Positions 10,513 to 22,388 of a DNA stretch of 64,000 nucleotides are shown piece after piece (within the stretch, counting starts at the first letter, position 1; each line of letters opens with the position of its first letter). Both the position numbers and the translations under genes were made by a program. Origin of the DNA: Lophium mytilinum (lineage: Eukaryota); NCBI GenBank assembly GCA_010093605.1, contig MU004187.1, forward strand, positions 248,001-312,000, read 5' to 3'. The notes below the pieces were generated by a model. That model searched no databases and had not been told where the DNA came from. It saw nothing but the letters and a program-made list of their open reading frames with translations.

Positions 10513-12807
10513 ATGGCACCCGAACGTAAAAAGCCCAGGCTTTCTGATCCAGAGGTGTTGGACGTAGTACCGGAGACTACGCCTGAAAAAACAACCAAAG
10601 ACGCCCCTGAGCAGCGAAAGTCGCTTTTTGTCAGGTCTCTCCCAGCTACAGTAACGACAGAAGAGCTCACGGAATACTTTTCAAATTCATATCCTATCCG
10701 ACACGCCGTTGCTGTTCTCGACCCAGCTACCAAGCAATGCAAGGGCTACGGATTCGTCACATTTGCCGACGCTGAGGATGCACAACGAGCACGAGAAGAG
10801 TTCAATGGCTCGAAATTCAAGGGACAAAAGATCAAGGTCGAACTTGCCGAGTCTCGACATCGAGATGGGGAGAAAGGTACTGCACCAAGTGCGGTAGCTG
10901 AGGCGAAGGCTGCTAGAGAAGAGAAGAAGAAAGAGAAGCGTGAGGTACAACAACCGCCTAAACTCATCATTCGAAATCTTCCATGGAGCATCAAAACACC
11001 GGAAGATTTGTCCGTACTGTTCCGCAGCTTCGGGAAGGTCAAATTTGCCACAATCCCAAAACAGAAGACTGGTCTGCAGCCTGGTTTCGGGTTCATCACC
11101 ATGAGGGGGCGCAAGAATGCCGAGAAGGCACTGGAGGTCATCAATGGAAAAGAGGTGGATGGCAGGACTCTCGCTGTCGATTGGGCTGTGGAGAAGGCTA
11201 CATGGCAGACGCTACAAGAGGAGGCTAAGCCGGCGACTGCAGACAAGGAAGAGGTAGATGATGCAGAAGAAGCAGACTCGGATGCGTCCGACGCCGAAAG
11301 TGATGGCAGTGCAAATTCGGACGAAGACGAAGACGACTTTGACGAGGAATTCGACGAGAATGAGGACTTTGAGGACGACTCTGCGCCCAAGCACGACTCG
11401 AAACCAAAAGACGATCCAACTACTCTCTTCATCCGCAACCTTCCTTTCAGCGCATCAGACGACTCACTTCGAGAGCACTTTTCAAGATTCGGCCCCATTC
11501 GTTACGCACGCATAGTGTTAGATCAGGCGACCGAACGCCCGAGAGGTACCGGCTTCGTCAGTTTCTACAATTCAGTAGACGCAGACTCCTGTCTCAAGAG
11601 CCTCCCCATAATCAATGTCACGCACGACGTCAAAGCCAAGAAAGATGGCTCGACCATTACCATCGCACACTCCGTTCTCCAAGACTCCTCCGCGGATCCC
11701 ACGGGCGCCTACACCATGGACGGCCGCATCCTCTCCATCACGCGTGCCGTCGACCGCGTCTCCGCAAACCGCCTCGCCACCGAAAGTGCCGCATCCCGCT
11801 TCAACCGCGACAAAGACAAGCGCCGCCTCTACCTCCTCTCCGAAGGCACAATCGCCTCCAACTCGCCCTTATACGCTTCCCTCTCGCCCTCCGAAGTTGC
11901 CATGCGTGAAGCGAGCGCAACCCAGCGCCGCAAGCTCATCGAAAGCAATCCCTCGCTCCACCTCTCCCTCACCCGCCTCGCCATCCGCAACATCCCCCGC
12001 AGCATCACTTCCAAAGACCTGAAAGCACTCGCGCGCCAGGCCGTCGTCGGTTTCGCAACCGACGTCAAAGAAGGCAAGCGCACGCGCCTCTCCAAGGAAG
12101 AGCTCGCGCGCGGCGGCGCCGAGATGCGCGACGCGGAAACGGACCGCAAGAAGCGCGGCCAGGGCGTCGTCAAGCAGGCCAAAGTCGTCTTCGAGACGAC
12201 CGAAGGCGGGAAAGTTGCTGAATCCAGCGGCGCGGGACGGAGTCGCGGGTACGGCTTCATCGAGTATTACACCCACCGCAGCGCGCTGATGGGATTGCGG
12301 TGGTTGAATGGACACGCGGTCGATTATAGGACGATGGTGAAGCTTACGAAGGGGAAGAATAAGAAGGATGATGTGGAGGCGAATCAGGATCGGAAGAAGA
12401 GGTTGATTGTGGAGTTTGCGATCGAGAATGCGCAGATTGTGGTTAGGCGGAAGGAGAGGGAGGATAAGGCGAAGGGCAGGGGGGAGACGAGGGAGGATAG
12501 GGCGCCCAGGACAGGTGGACGTGATGATAGGGGTAGGAGGGAGGAGAGGGGGGATAGGGGGAAGGATGATAGATGGGGTGGGCAGAAGAGGAAGAGGGAT
12601 GATGGAGATGCCGGGGCTGAGCATAAGCCAAGGAGGAATGGGTTGAGTTATGAGGAGAATTCGAAGAGGTTCAAGAAAGGTAGGGGAGGGAAAGGTGAGG
12701 AGGGTGGTGCGGCACCGAAAGCGAAGCCAGATAAGCCAGCGGAGCCAGTGAAGGGGCAATTCGGGATGCAAAGGAAACGTATGGCGCAGAGACAAAAGCG
12801 CGGCTAA
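10513..12807 (+). CDS. NOP4: Nucleolar multi-RRM protein Nop4/RBM28 (60S biogenesis)
   Basis: Four RRMs (LFVRSLP/KGYGFVTF; LIIRNLPWS; LFIRNLPF/RGTGFV; LAIRNIP/SRGYGFIEY), acidic linker and DKRRLYLLSEG. Start taken at MAPERKK. Confidence 0.93.
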   Translation: MAPERKKPRLSDPEVLDVVPETTPEKTTKDAPEQRKSLFVRSLPATVTTEELTEYFSNSYPIRHAVAVLDPATKQCKGYGFVTFADAEDAQRAREEFNGSKFKGQKIKVELAESRHRDGEKGTAPSAVAEAKAAREEKKKEKREVQQPPKLIIRNLPWSIKTPEDLSVLFRSFGKVKFATIPKQKTGLQPGFGFITMRGRKNAEKALEVINGKEVDGRTLAVDWAVEKATWQTLQEEAKPATADKEEVDDAEEADSDASDAESDGSANSDEDEDDFDEEFDENEDFEDDSAPKHDSKPKDDPTTLFIRNLPFSASDDSLREHFSRFGPIRYARIVLDQATERPRGTGFVSFYNSVDADSCLKSLPIINVTHDVKAKKDGSTITIAHSVLQDSSADPTGAYTMDGRILSITRAVDRVSANRLATESAASRFNRDKDKRRLYLLSEGTIASNSPLYASLSPSEVAMREASATQRRKLIESNPSLHLSLTRLAIRNIPRSITSKDLKALARQAVVGFATDVKEGKRTRLSKEELARGGAEMRDAETDRKKRGQGVVKQAKVVFETTEGGKVAESSGAGRSRGYGFIEYYTHRSALMGLRWLNGHAVDYRTMVKLTKGKNKKDDVEANQDRKKRLIVEFAIENAQIVVRRKEREDKAKGRGETREDRAPRTGGRDDRGRREERGDRGKDDRWGGQKRKRDDGDAGAEHKPRRNGLSYEENSKRFKKGRGGKGEEGGAAPKAKPDKPAEPVKGQFGMQRKRMAQRQKRG

Positions 12808-12989
12808 TCAGTACTCATTTTTCAATTTCATAATGCCGAATCAAATTCGAGAGCTGTATATCTGGCCTAAGACCCTGTTCAACGCCGTTCTCGTGCCCCT
12901 GATTATCTAAAAAGCAATGCTTTTGTTGAAACATGCACGTCTTCCGCCCAAGTTCTACCGAACCAGCCCAGAAGAAAAAGCGTCGTCGA

Positions 12990-14426
12990 TCAAGACCCAT
13001 TCGTCATCTCTTCTTGTAGCTTGCTATTTCCTACCACTGTCTTCTCCGCCGGTATCGTCGCCTTCAGCGGCGGCAGCAAACTCCGCGCCGTCTGCCTCGC
13101 CTGTTGCGCCATCAAGGAATCAATAATGACTAATGCGGCCATAGCCTCTACGATAGGCACAGCGCGTGGAACAACGCATGGATCGTGCCGCCCCTTCGCC
13201 TCTAGGACACCTTCTTCCTCATCGTACGTAACCGTCGTCTGGGCCTGGCCGATAGTCGCAGGGGGCTTGAACGCAACATTGAAGTAGATCGGCGCCCCGT
13301 TCGAGATGCCGCCCTGGATACCCCCGGAGTTGTTCGTCTTAGTCGTCAAGCGCGGCCGCCCAGTAGCCGAATCCGTCGCTTTGATGAAAGGGTCGTTATG
13401 GACAGACCCCGGGACTTGACATCCCCCAAACCCGCTTCCGATCTCGAACCCCTTCGTCGCGGGTATGCTCAGCATCGCATGCGCGAGCATGGCTTCTAGC
13501 TTATCGAAGCAGGGCTCGCCGAGCCCCGAAGGACAGTTCCGCACAACGCACGTCACGACGCCGCCGATGCTGTCATGGCGATCGCGATACTCAGCGATGA
13601 GGTCCTCCATGCGCTTGCTCGCGGCGGCGTCGGGGCAGCGCACGGGGATGTGTTCGTCGACGGTCTTACGGTCGATTACGTCAAGGAGTTTGAGGAAATC
13701 GGGATTCGTGGAGGCGGTGGGGTGGGATGGTGTTGGGGGAAAGAGGAACTCGTTGCCGACTGAGGAGGTGAAGGCAACGATTTCGACGCCGTGCGCGAGG
13801 CGGAGGTATTTCTCTGCTATGGCGCCTGCTGCTACGCGGCCTGGGGCGTTTTAGCAATTGGATCTCGGTCGAAGGGTGGAGGGTATAGATCTTCGAAAGC
13901 GTATACACACCTATAGTCTCCCGCGCACTACTCCTCCCGCCGCCGCTGCTCGCCTTCACGCCGTATTTCTCCAAGTAGGTCCAGTCGGCATGGCTTGGTC
14001 GTGGGTAGAGGTCCATAGTCTTGTTCCCATAATCTTGCTTCCGCTGGTTCTCGTTCATTACGCGCAATGCGATCGGAGAACCAAGCGTCACACCAAATTC
14101 TGTCCCGGATTGAATCTCAACACGATCTTTCTCATTGCGGGGAGTTGTAATAGCGCTTTGGCCTGGTCGTCGCCGTGTCATTTGGGGTTGGATGTCGGCT
14201 TCGGTGAGCTCCATACCCGGGGGAACGCCGTCCTTTTATATATGTTAAAACTTTTTCTAACGAAACTAATGACAATGCAGGAGGTATAGAAGTTTGTAAC
14301 ATACCACAGTGCATCCCACTGAAAGGCAGTGAGACTCGCCATAGCTGGAAGATGTTAGTGGGTGACGGTCAATTCGAATAAATGTACCTACGTATGAACT
14401 CTGAAGTGGGTGCCGAAAGTTGACAT
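12990..14426 (-). CDS. ARO2: Chorismate synthase
   Basis: [52 protein letters not shown] and [18 protein letters not shown]; three introns. Confidence 0.97.
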
Positions 14427-14494
14427 GGTGGTGGTGGATTGGTGAGAGAAATGGGGCTCGGAAGTTCTTTATAGTGTTTATAGTAATTGCGGAG

Positions 14495-14576
14495 GAGTCA
14501 TCGGAGGTGGGGAGGGTATTCTAGCTGAAGAGGACGGTGGAACCAATGTACACAGCGCAGTCAGCGCAATTGACTC
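14495..14576. promoter_or_regulatory. Two Gcn4/CpcA-type TGACTC sites upstream of ARO2
   Basis: GAGTCAT at 14495-14501 (ATGACTC on minus) and TGACTC at 14571-14576. Cross-pathway control of amino-acid biosynthesis genes is established in fungi. Confidence 0.45.
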
Positions 14577-14976
14577 GGGTCCTTTATACTCAAGGGAGGC
14601 GTCTGTTGTGTGATGTCGAGGGGATATTTCGGGGACAATGTGCTTGCGAAGGGCGCAGCGGGTAAAAGAAAAAGATGTCCTCCGTCACCGCATCCCACCT
14701 GATCACGGGACCACAACGCTTGTGCTCAAGTGGTGTATTCCGGGGCACCAATCTCTGACGTACTCCAACTTGTTCCAGATGTTCGAAGATACGGAGCAAG
14801 TCCAATCGAAAGTCTTTCAAGTTCTTAGACCTCAGACTGAACCATGCAGACTGGTGAAGCTTGAAACTGAATAAAGCTCTTGCATTTATCCCACCACGCC
14901 GCATGGACCACTCTTCCCAGCTTCCAACATCACTAACTTCAGCAGCACACTTCCGCTATACCATGCAACATCCACC

Positions 14977-16215
14977 ATGGACATAACCCCCGACTTCAAC
15001 GCGGCCTTGGCCCGACACGCCGTATCCCCCATATCTCCCCCCGAAATCTTCGACATCCGCCAACTAGACGACTTCCTCCAAGAAGCCTACCGCATCGTAT
15101 GTCCACGTAGCCATCCGCCTCCCCCTACCTCCTTCAAACCCCTGAATACTAACAAAAGTCCCAATACAGCGGTCCCACATCGCATCCCTCTACAAATACC
15201 TTCGCCAAACCCGCGCGTCCTACCTCTCCACCGACCGCCCCTCACGAGCCCACCTCGCGCGAAGCTCCAGCAACTCCTCAAACACCACCCTACACCCCTC
15301 TTCCCACCCCCACCATGGAATCAAACACCTCACCGACGCGCAGAAAGAAGAAATCGACGCAAGCACCAAACAGCTCATCCGCGAACTCACCGCCGCCGTC
15401 AACTCGCTCAAAGACGCCGAGGCGGTGCGGCAGCAGACAACCACCACCCTCGCCTTGAAGAAGCGCGCGAAGACAGGGCTAGGAGCCCTAGGGCGCTGGG
15501 CATCTGGCGGCGCGATAACAGCGAAGAGTCCCGAGGAAGAGGCGGCCGAGGAGCGGGAGGCGCAGTTCAGCGGGTGCCGGGCCGGGGTGCTGGAGTATTT
15601 GCAGAAGCAGCTGGGGCTGTGTGCGGCGTTCGGGAACGAGATGATAGGGATTCGGATACGCAGGGTGATTGAGAAGGAGAAGAGTGTGCTGCATGCGGTG
15701 CCCAAGGGGATGGGCATACCGGGGATGGAGGCTATGAATGGGAGTGCTGGCATGAACGGTGCGGGGATTGGGGGCAAGGGGTTGGCGGTCTCGGAGCATT
15801 ATGAGGAGGAGGACCGGCAGACGGAGCAGAGGCTGGCGCCGGAGCAGTTGCAGTTGTTTGCGCAGGATAATCAGGATATGTTGAAGCAGTATGAGGATTC
15901 GTTGGATCAGGTTAGGTATGGATGCCGGACGCTTCTTGAGTCGAACTAGAGCAGTGCTGATTTTGCTGATACAGGCACGCTGAGAAGTCACTACTGGAGA
16001 TATCGGAACTTCAGAGCAACATTGTCAATAACCTCGCCGTACAATCCGAGCACATCGATATGCTCATGGAAAACACTTTCCAAACGGCCGAAAACGTAGG
16101 TGGTGGTAACAAAGAGCTGAAAAAGGCTGCAGAGCGTAAGAGCACGGCACGTATGCTGTTTTATGGAACCAGCGCGTTCTGCTTGACGCTGATTGTTTGG
16201 GATCTATTGATATAG
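14977..16215 (+). CDS. UFE1: ER t-SNARE Ufe1/syntaxin-18
   Basis: MDITPDFN N-peptide, FLQEAYRI-RSHIASL, QLQLFAQDN, AEKSLLEISELQ and GGNKELKKA with a C-terminal TM; two introns. Confidence 0.9.
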
Positions 16216-16664
16216 GCGGATTGAGCAGCGCGAACATATACCCAATTAGCCACTATAAATACACCGGCTATCCTTATTTGCTACTGTTGTGATATTTAGG
16301 TTTATTTCGAAACTGAATCAAATGTGCATTCGTCAGTTGGAAGACCAGCGAACTCCTTCATGTCATCTTGGACTACTACAGATAAGTGCACACCAGCTAA
16401 ACGTGTGACCTGTTAATACGCATCAAGATCCTTCTTAAAGTACAGTACGTCAGATAGTCGCATCAAAACGCACAAGCATTGGAAGCAACTGCTTTAGCTA
16501 TGGCTTCTAACTTTGAATATCTGATGTCCTGAATACATCAATCCAGACCACTCAATCTGTTCAATCATCGCTATGCCAGATGTTTTATCTGTATCCCCAA
16601 CCTGCAATGCACCACCGAAAATACGCCTTCTTTATGCTAGAGTGATATCCAAGAGCTCTGCCAT

Positions 16665-18448
16665 TCATAGCATTGCAGACCAGTCAGGCGTGACAACGAA
16701 TTTGCCCCTGACCTGTCCAAATCCCAACGCATCACCTTCATCCCCGGGGCCCACCCGCTCACTCTGCGGCGTGATACGTGTGACAACCGTGTCTTGCAAG
16801 AAATGGGTACTCATGCCCTTCTTGATCTCCAGGCTCATGCCGCCCCAATTCAAAGTCACCTTGCCGGACTTGTGGACTCGTAGCTTGCCTACCCTTCCAG
16901 ACGTGACTGTTGACGAGACTGGCTTGGGTTGAGCGTCTTCTTCGATCTTGACGGACGTCGGATTTGTCTCGGCGATGATAGGAGCCGGTTCCTCCTGCGC
17001 TTCCTTTTTGACGGCTGGTGGGAGGAGGGCAGGAATGATGGGCGGGAATTGGAAGAGGTAGACGCGGTCCTCTTTCATGTCTCTTGTTTGCTCGGTATCT
17101 TTCATTTCGATGTCCGCATCTTTATCTTTGCTTTGTGCCGCGGCCTGCGTCTGGCCGAGCTCAACCAGAATATCTTCAAGTTCTGCCTGCGAACGCTCCC
17201 ATTCTTGCTTCTCTTCTTCGGTTTGAAGTGAGGGCTTTGAGTCGTGGACGCCAGACCGACGGCGTGTGCGGCCTTTGCCTTTGAGGTGAGACTTCTTGTC
17301 CAGCTGTGGCGATTGTGGCTCTTCTTTTTCAGCTGTCTCCTCTTCTGCGACCTCCGGGGCCTCGACTGCTTCTGGGGCTGTGATAGGCTCATCGTCGTCG
17401 TCGACTGGTTCGTCTTTGATCCGAACTTCCTCGTCTTTGTCGTCTGAGTCCTGCCACATGCCTTTGTATGGCTTTCGCACTTCGGTGATCTCAATATCCT
17501 TAGCTTTCGCCTTGCCTTTGCGGGTTGCAGATTCGGTAGCTGGGTCCGTGGTAGAATCCCCCTTCTCCGCTGTCTGCTTCGCAACTTTCGCCGAGGTCGC
17601 ATTGCTGGCTTCAGTATTGATGCCGACCACACGATCCTGGTGCTCTCTTCGCGGAATACGAATGGGCATGAGCATGCGCGGAATACTCGACTCTCTCGGC
17701 TTGCCCTCCTGATCACCCGCTTCGTCGCCAGACGAGACATCAATGGCATCGATGTCCAGACGAGGGCCGAACTCGCCGTCGTCATCACCAGAAGAGATAT
17801 ACCCACCATCCTGCGTCGTCTTCTCCTTCTTAATCCTCGACGTGAAGCCTAACGCGCGGTTCATCTCATCATCTTCGTCATCTTCGCCTTTCATCTCGTT
17901 CTTGATGTACGCTCGTGACCCAGACGCGCCGCCGCTGAAGGCGCCAGATGTCTGCATGCGCTTGGCCATATCTAGACCTCAATTAGCACCGCCGCTTCCA
18001 CCTAGCAAAAAAATCGCTTCTTCATTAACATACCAGCCGTACTCCTCCCCTGCGAAAACGGTCCGCTGATCACATCCCCCATGAACCCTCCTCGTCCTCG
18101 TCCCCGTGCCCCCTCCCCTCGTCCCCTTCCTCGAGTGCCCCGGAAAGATCCACGGTTTGCACGTCGAGCTACAGCATCTCGCTCTGCTTTTCTCGACCTC
18201 TCCAACTCCAAAGCTTCCTTTTCGAGTTGATCACGCTCTGCTTTGCTGCGGCGGCCGACGAAATTTGGTTTTCGGGTTGCGCGGGGAGCTCGTGTAGAAC
18301 TGGCGCCTCGCTTGGTACCTCTCTTTGCTGGTTTTGGCGCTGGTTCTGATGTTGGTGCTGCGGCAAGTGTCGTAGTGGAGGTTGAAGATGAAGAAGTATT
18401 AGTCGAGGCCTGGTCTTGCGCAGTTGGGGGCGGCGGTGCGTCCGCCAT
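16665..18448 (-). CDS. RPC53: RNA polymerase III subunit C53/RPC4
   Basis: C-terminal RPC4 domain YLFQFPP...GRVGKLRVHKSGKVTLNWG...GQVRGKFVVTPDW; one intron near 18.0 kb. Confidence 0.93.
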
Positions 18449-18712
18449 GATGAATAAATTTTTCTAGTTGTGGTGGGAGTGTCTTAAGGTCGTAATGTAT
18501 TTCCCGAGTTTTGAAGTTGGTCAGTTGGTGATGTGTGGTTGCGGTGGAGTGAATTTTATAAAGATGGCTGGATGGGTCATCAAAAACCGAAGTGAGGAAC
18601 GTTAATTAGAGAGGATCGGAATCGATAAGGGTCACATGTTGAAATCTTGGCGATGGGCAAACTATTTTTTTCTCACAGCTCTCCAGCCACACATTTACAT
18701 CACCAATCGACA

Positions 18713-19768
18713 ATGGAGAATTCTCTACCAGCGCTTCTCGCGTCTCTGACGGCGTCGCTCGAGTCTGCAGCGACAGCTCTTCCCCAGGACTCCGCCATTG
18801 TTCCCCCAAAAGACGGCATTTCGCTCCTAGATGTCAAGAACGAGCTCCTGCTCTCATATGTGCAAAACCTCGTCTTCCTCATCCTCTTGAAACTCCGATC
18901 GCATTCCACCGACCACGACGAAGACGACTCGATCCCCGAAGACGCAATAGTCAAGAAACTCACCGAACTCCGCGTCTACCTCGAAAAAGGCGTGCGCCCC
19001 CTCGAAGCGCGCCTCAAATACCAAATCGACAAAGTCGTCAAAGTCGCCGACGACGCCTCCCGCTCCGCCGCCCAAAAAGCCGCGGATCCCAAACCCATTA
19101 AACCGAAATCTCGCCGCGGCAACGAGTCCGATTTCTCAGGCAGCGGCTCCGAGGGCTCGGAATCCGGAGGCGACGATGAAGACATCAGCGAGCTCGCCTA
19201 CCGCCCGAATCCTGCCGCGTTCGTGAGGCCAAAGAATGTAGAGGCGGACGCGGATGCAGGCAAGAAGAAGGACGGCATCTACCGCCCTCCCCGCGTCACG
19301 CCCACAGCTATGCCCACGACTCGCGGCCGCGAGGTGAAGGAATCCCGCAAACCCGTGAAATCGAATACTCTCGATGAATTCATTGCGACTGAGTTGTCCT
19401 CCGCGCCTGTCGCGCAGCCCAGTATTGGCAGCACCATTGTCGCTGGTGGGCGGCATACGAAGTCGCAGCGGGAGCGGGACGAGGAGGCCGAGCGCCAGAC
19501 GTACGAGGAGTCGAATTTTGTGAGGCTGCCGAAGGAGAGTAAAAAGGATAGGGCGAAGAAGGGTAGCCGCAATCGGGATCTGGGATATGGAGGGGAGGAT
19601 TGGAGGGGGTTGGATGCGGGGGTGGATCGAATTGCGAAGTTGACGCAGAGAAAGGGGGGTGCTGGGGGGAAGTTGGAGAGTAGTCGGAAGCGGGAAGTTG
19701 TGGATGGCCCGAGGGGAACGGGGCAGAGTGATGCGTTTGAGGCGAAAAGGAGGAAGTTGAGGAGGTGA
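18713..19768 (+). CDS. LCP5: SSU processome factor Lcp5/neuroguidin (Sas10/C1D)
   Basis: GISLLDVKNELLLSY, RVYLEKGVRPLEARLKYQIDK, GIYRPPR and YEESNFVRL. Confidence 0.93.
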   Translation: MENSLPALLASLTASLESAATALPQDSAIVPPKDGISLLDVKNELLLSYVQNLVFLILLKLRSHSTDHDEDDSIPEDAIVKKLTELRVYLEKGVRPLEARLKYQIDKVVKVADDASRSAAQKAADPKPIKPKSRRGNESDFSGSGSEGSESGGDDEDISELAYRPNPAAFVRPKNVEADADAGKKKDGIYRPPRVTPTAMPTTRGREVKESRKPVKSNTLDEFIATELSSAPVAQPSIGSTIVAGGRHTKSQRERDEEAERQTYEESNFVRLPKESKKDRAKKGSRNRDLGYGGEDWRGLDAGVDRIAKLTQRKGGAGGKLESSRKREVVDGPRGTGQSDAFEAKRRKLRR

Positions 19769-20387
19769 AGAGTGTTAGTTTTGAAGGTAGATTTCACGAT
19801 GTATTGATGCATATGTTCAGCGTATCTTGGGATCTTTAATATATATTGGAACTCAGAAATACTGGCAAACACGCTGAAGCAGGCATGTTTGACTTTGTCA
19901 AAGATAAACAGGTATTTAACCTGTTAGATGAGCTTTACCCTCAAACACGTCGCATGAATTTGCTAGAAAATTTAAACCTCACTCATATGGGTACAGATGA
20001 TCAAATGGATAAGTGATGAGTTCAGATGCTAAGTGCTATTCTACCTTGTCTACGAACGAGAACTTGATGACCAGAAAGGGCCATTATTGGGATATATCTG
20101 TCTACCGTTGCGCCCAGTTCCAACAACACTTTTCCCACGCCAAGTAACCAAGGAGATATGATCCAACCTAAGTGAACGCCAATCATCCGCGCCTATCTCC
20201 GCATCTTACCCAGCTCCTGACAATCTCTTCCGAGGGCTAACACGAGCTGAACCACCTAACGGTCCCCAAAGGCCCGTCAGGAGACCACGCACTGTTCCCC
20301 GTCCGGATCGACTAGAAGCGGCACCGCGGCTGCGTATGCTAGATTGCACTTCCGATATCGATGCTACACGTCTACATCATCAATCAA

Positions 20388-22019
20388 CTAATCCTCAAAC
20401 TTGATGCCTCTCGGGGTGGAGTCAATGAAACCTCCCTTGTAGGCTCCCTTCTTCTTCTTGTTCTTCTCCTTCGTGAATCCTTTCCCCTTCGTCACCACAA
20501 GATCTTGATGCGCCTTGTCCGCGTAATCGTACGACACGTATTTGTTAGACGCGAACTTGGGGTCGACATAGACGTTCTCGGGAATCCGGCTGAAGAATTT
20601 GCGCTCGCTGCCTTTCGGGCGTTTGGCGGAGTTGTCGGCCGCGGAGGTTGGGTCAACGGAGGCTGAGGCGCTGCGTTTGCGTTTGTTGTGGGTTGTTGGT
20701 TTGGGCGAGCTGCTGGGGAGGGTAGTGCTGGAGTTTGAGTCGGTAGAACTTTTGCGAGAAGGGGAGGGGATGGCTTTGGTCTTTTTAGTTTTGGATTTAG
20801 ACTTGGATTTTGGAGCCGAGGCAGAGGAGGAATCCGAGCCAGAACTCGAGTCTGAGGAGTCCGAGGAGGAGTCTGAGTCCGAGCCTGACTCGGGAAGAGC
20901 TTTATTCGCTGGCTCGTCGCTATCTGAATCGCTCGAGGACGAGTCCAAGTCTGAATCCGAGCCGGATTCGGGAAGAGCTTTGTTTGCTGGCTTTTCGCTA
21001 TCGCTCGACGATGAGTCTGAATCTGACTCTGGGAGTACCTTCCTGGTCGCTTCGTCGCTGTCTGAATCGCTGGAGGAGTCTGAGTCGCTGGAGGAGGATG
21101 AATCGCTTGATGACGAGGATGACGAGCTGGAGGATGATGATGACGATGCTGATTTAGCCTTCTTCGCCTTTTTAACCTTCTTGACCTTCTTTGCCGGTGC
21201 ATCAGATTCAGAGTCGGAGCTGCTAGAGCTGTCAGAACTGGAATCTGAGCTAGAATCCGAACTTGAGGAGCTAGAGGAGCTAGAAGACGAAACAGAAGCT
21301 TTCCGTTTCAGGCTCTTTGCTGCACTCTTTTCGACCGGAGCTGGCGACTTCTTCTTAGACGGACTCGAGTCTGCTGACTCGGAGTCTGAGCTTGAAGGTG
21401 GCGTCGCTTTCACAGCAACTGCCTCATCATCGCTGTCGGAGCTATTTTCATCGCTGCTGTCACTGTCGGAGCTTGCACTGGAGGTATCAATGTCCATTGC
21501 CTCCGGTTCCGACTCCTTCTCACCACTCTCAGAAGCGCTACTGCTGTCATCTGAGGAGCTATCGGAGTCGCTGTCGCTGGACGAGGAGTCTTCGTCCGAA
21601 GATGTGTCTGCCTTAATATCCTTCTTCGACTTCTTCACAGGCTTCGCCGCCACGACAGCTGCCTCCTTTGGTAGATCCCTGCTCTTCCCTGGACCCTCCA
21701 CCCATTCATTGAGAATCGTAGTCAGGTCTGGGTATCCCGTATCGGCGCTTTTCCAGGATATTGCGACGGTTACTCCATCCACAGTCTCCCTTCTCTCTGC
21801 TTCAACCGCGAGTTCCCGTGCAGATTTTATGTAGCCATGTGCGTGTAAGAAGTTCTCAATGAGCTTCATGAGCGGGGCCGGAGCCTTGGGGTGCTTGTTG
21901 GACTTGGTGTTCGGCTTGGTGGAATTCTTCTCGCGGGCACCGTCTGCAACGAGCTTTTCAACGATTTCCTTTTTCTTCTCTTTGGTGCCGCCAGCGCGGA
22001 TCTTTTTGTTGCTCGTCAT
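20388..22019 (-). CDS. SRP40: Srp40/Nopp140-like nucleolar phosphoprotein
   Basis: Alternating Ser/Asp and Lys/Ala blocks; C-terminal SRP40_C motif YADKAHQDLVVTKGKGFTKEKNKKKKGAYKGGFID..IKFED. Confidence 0.95.
   Translation of the reverse strand: MTSNKKIRAGGTKEKKKEIVEKLVADGAREKNSTKPNTKSNKHPKAPAPLMKLIENFLHAHGYIKSARELAVEAERRETVDGVTVAISWKSADTGYPDLTTILNEWVEGPGKSRDLPKEAAVVAAKPVKKSKKDIKADTSSDEDSSSSDSDSDSSSDDSSSASESGEKESEPEAMDIDTSSASSDSDSSDENSSDSDDEAVAVKATPPSSSDSESADSSPSKKKSPAPVEKSAAKSLKRKASVSSSSSSSSSSSDSSSDSSSDSSSSSDSESDAPAKKVKKVKKAKKAKSASSSSSSSSSSSSSSDSSSSSDSDSSSDSDSDEATRKVLPESDSDSSSSDSEKPANKALPESGSDSDLDSSSSDSDSDEPANKALPESGSDSDSSSDSSDSSSGSDSSSASAPKSKSKSKTKKTKAIPSPSRKSSTDSNSSTTLPSSSPKPTTHNKRKRSASASVDPTSAADNSAKRPKGSERKFFSRIPENVYVDPKFASNKYVSYDYADKAHQDLVVTKGKGFTKEKNKKKKGAYKGGFIDSTPRGIKFED
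20881..21062 (-). repeat. Intragenic tandem repeat (about 3 copies, PANKALPESGSDSD-like) in SRP40
   Basis: Near-identical DNA units containing tcgggaagagcttt at about 20890 and 20968, and a more diverged unit at about 21030. Confidence 0.7.
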
Positions 22020-22388
22020 GGCGAACAATTAATGTAGGTAGAGCACGGGATTTAGGGTAGTCGTTGGTTTGGAAGATGGACGTCAGGACGTTGAAAAGTT
22101 TCGAGAGATTTGGAACTTTTCACGCACAGACCACCCACGACCGAACATCACTTCTCCCTAGCTAGAGCTGGGACAACGTCAAGTACAACACCACAGCTCA
22201 CTCGACAGCTCTAGCCACCGCTTCATCTCATTGAGGGCACCTCCGGCAGTGCCTGTATTGCGCGTCTTCCACTTCGCGAGCTCCATACCCTCCACCAGCC
22301 GCCCTCGAATTTTCCTCAACTCCGCATTGTCCCTCTCGGGCGAACAAACTGCCCCTCCACGAGAGAGCTCAGAGCACTCCACAACACC

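Noticed and set aside
20012..20220. Possible box C/D snoRNA (GTGATGA ... ACCCAGCTC-CTGA, complementary to LSU rRNA GAGCUGGGU)
   Set aside because: Only 9 nt of complementarity, the register appears one base off the known methylated positions as I recall them, the boxes are about 200 nt apart, and there is no terminal stem.
20599..21834. 411-aa Glu/Leu/Ser-rich ORF antisense to SRP40
   Set aside because: It mirrors the low-complexity Ser/Asp codons of SRP40 and has no independent protein features.
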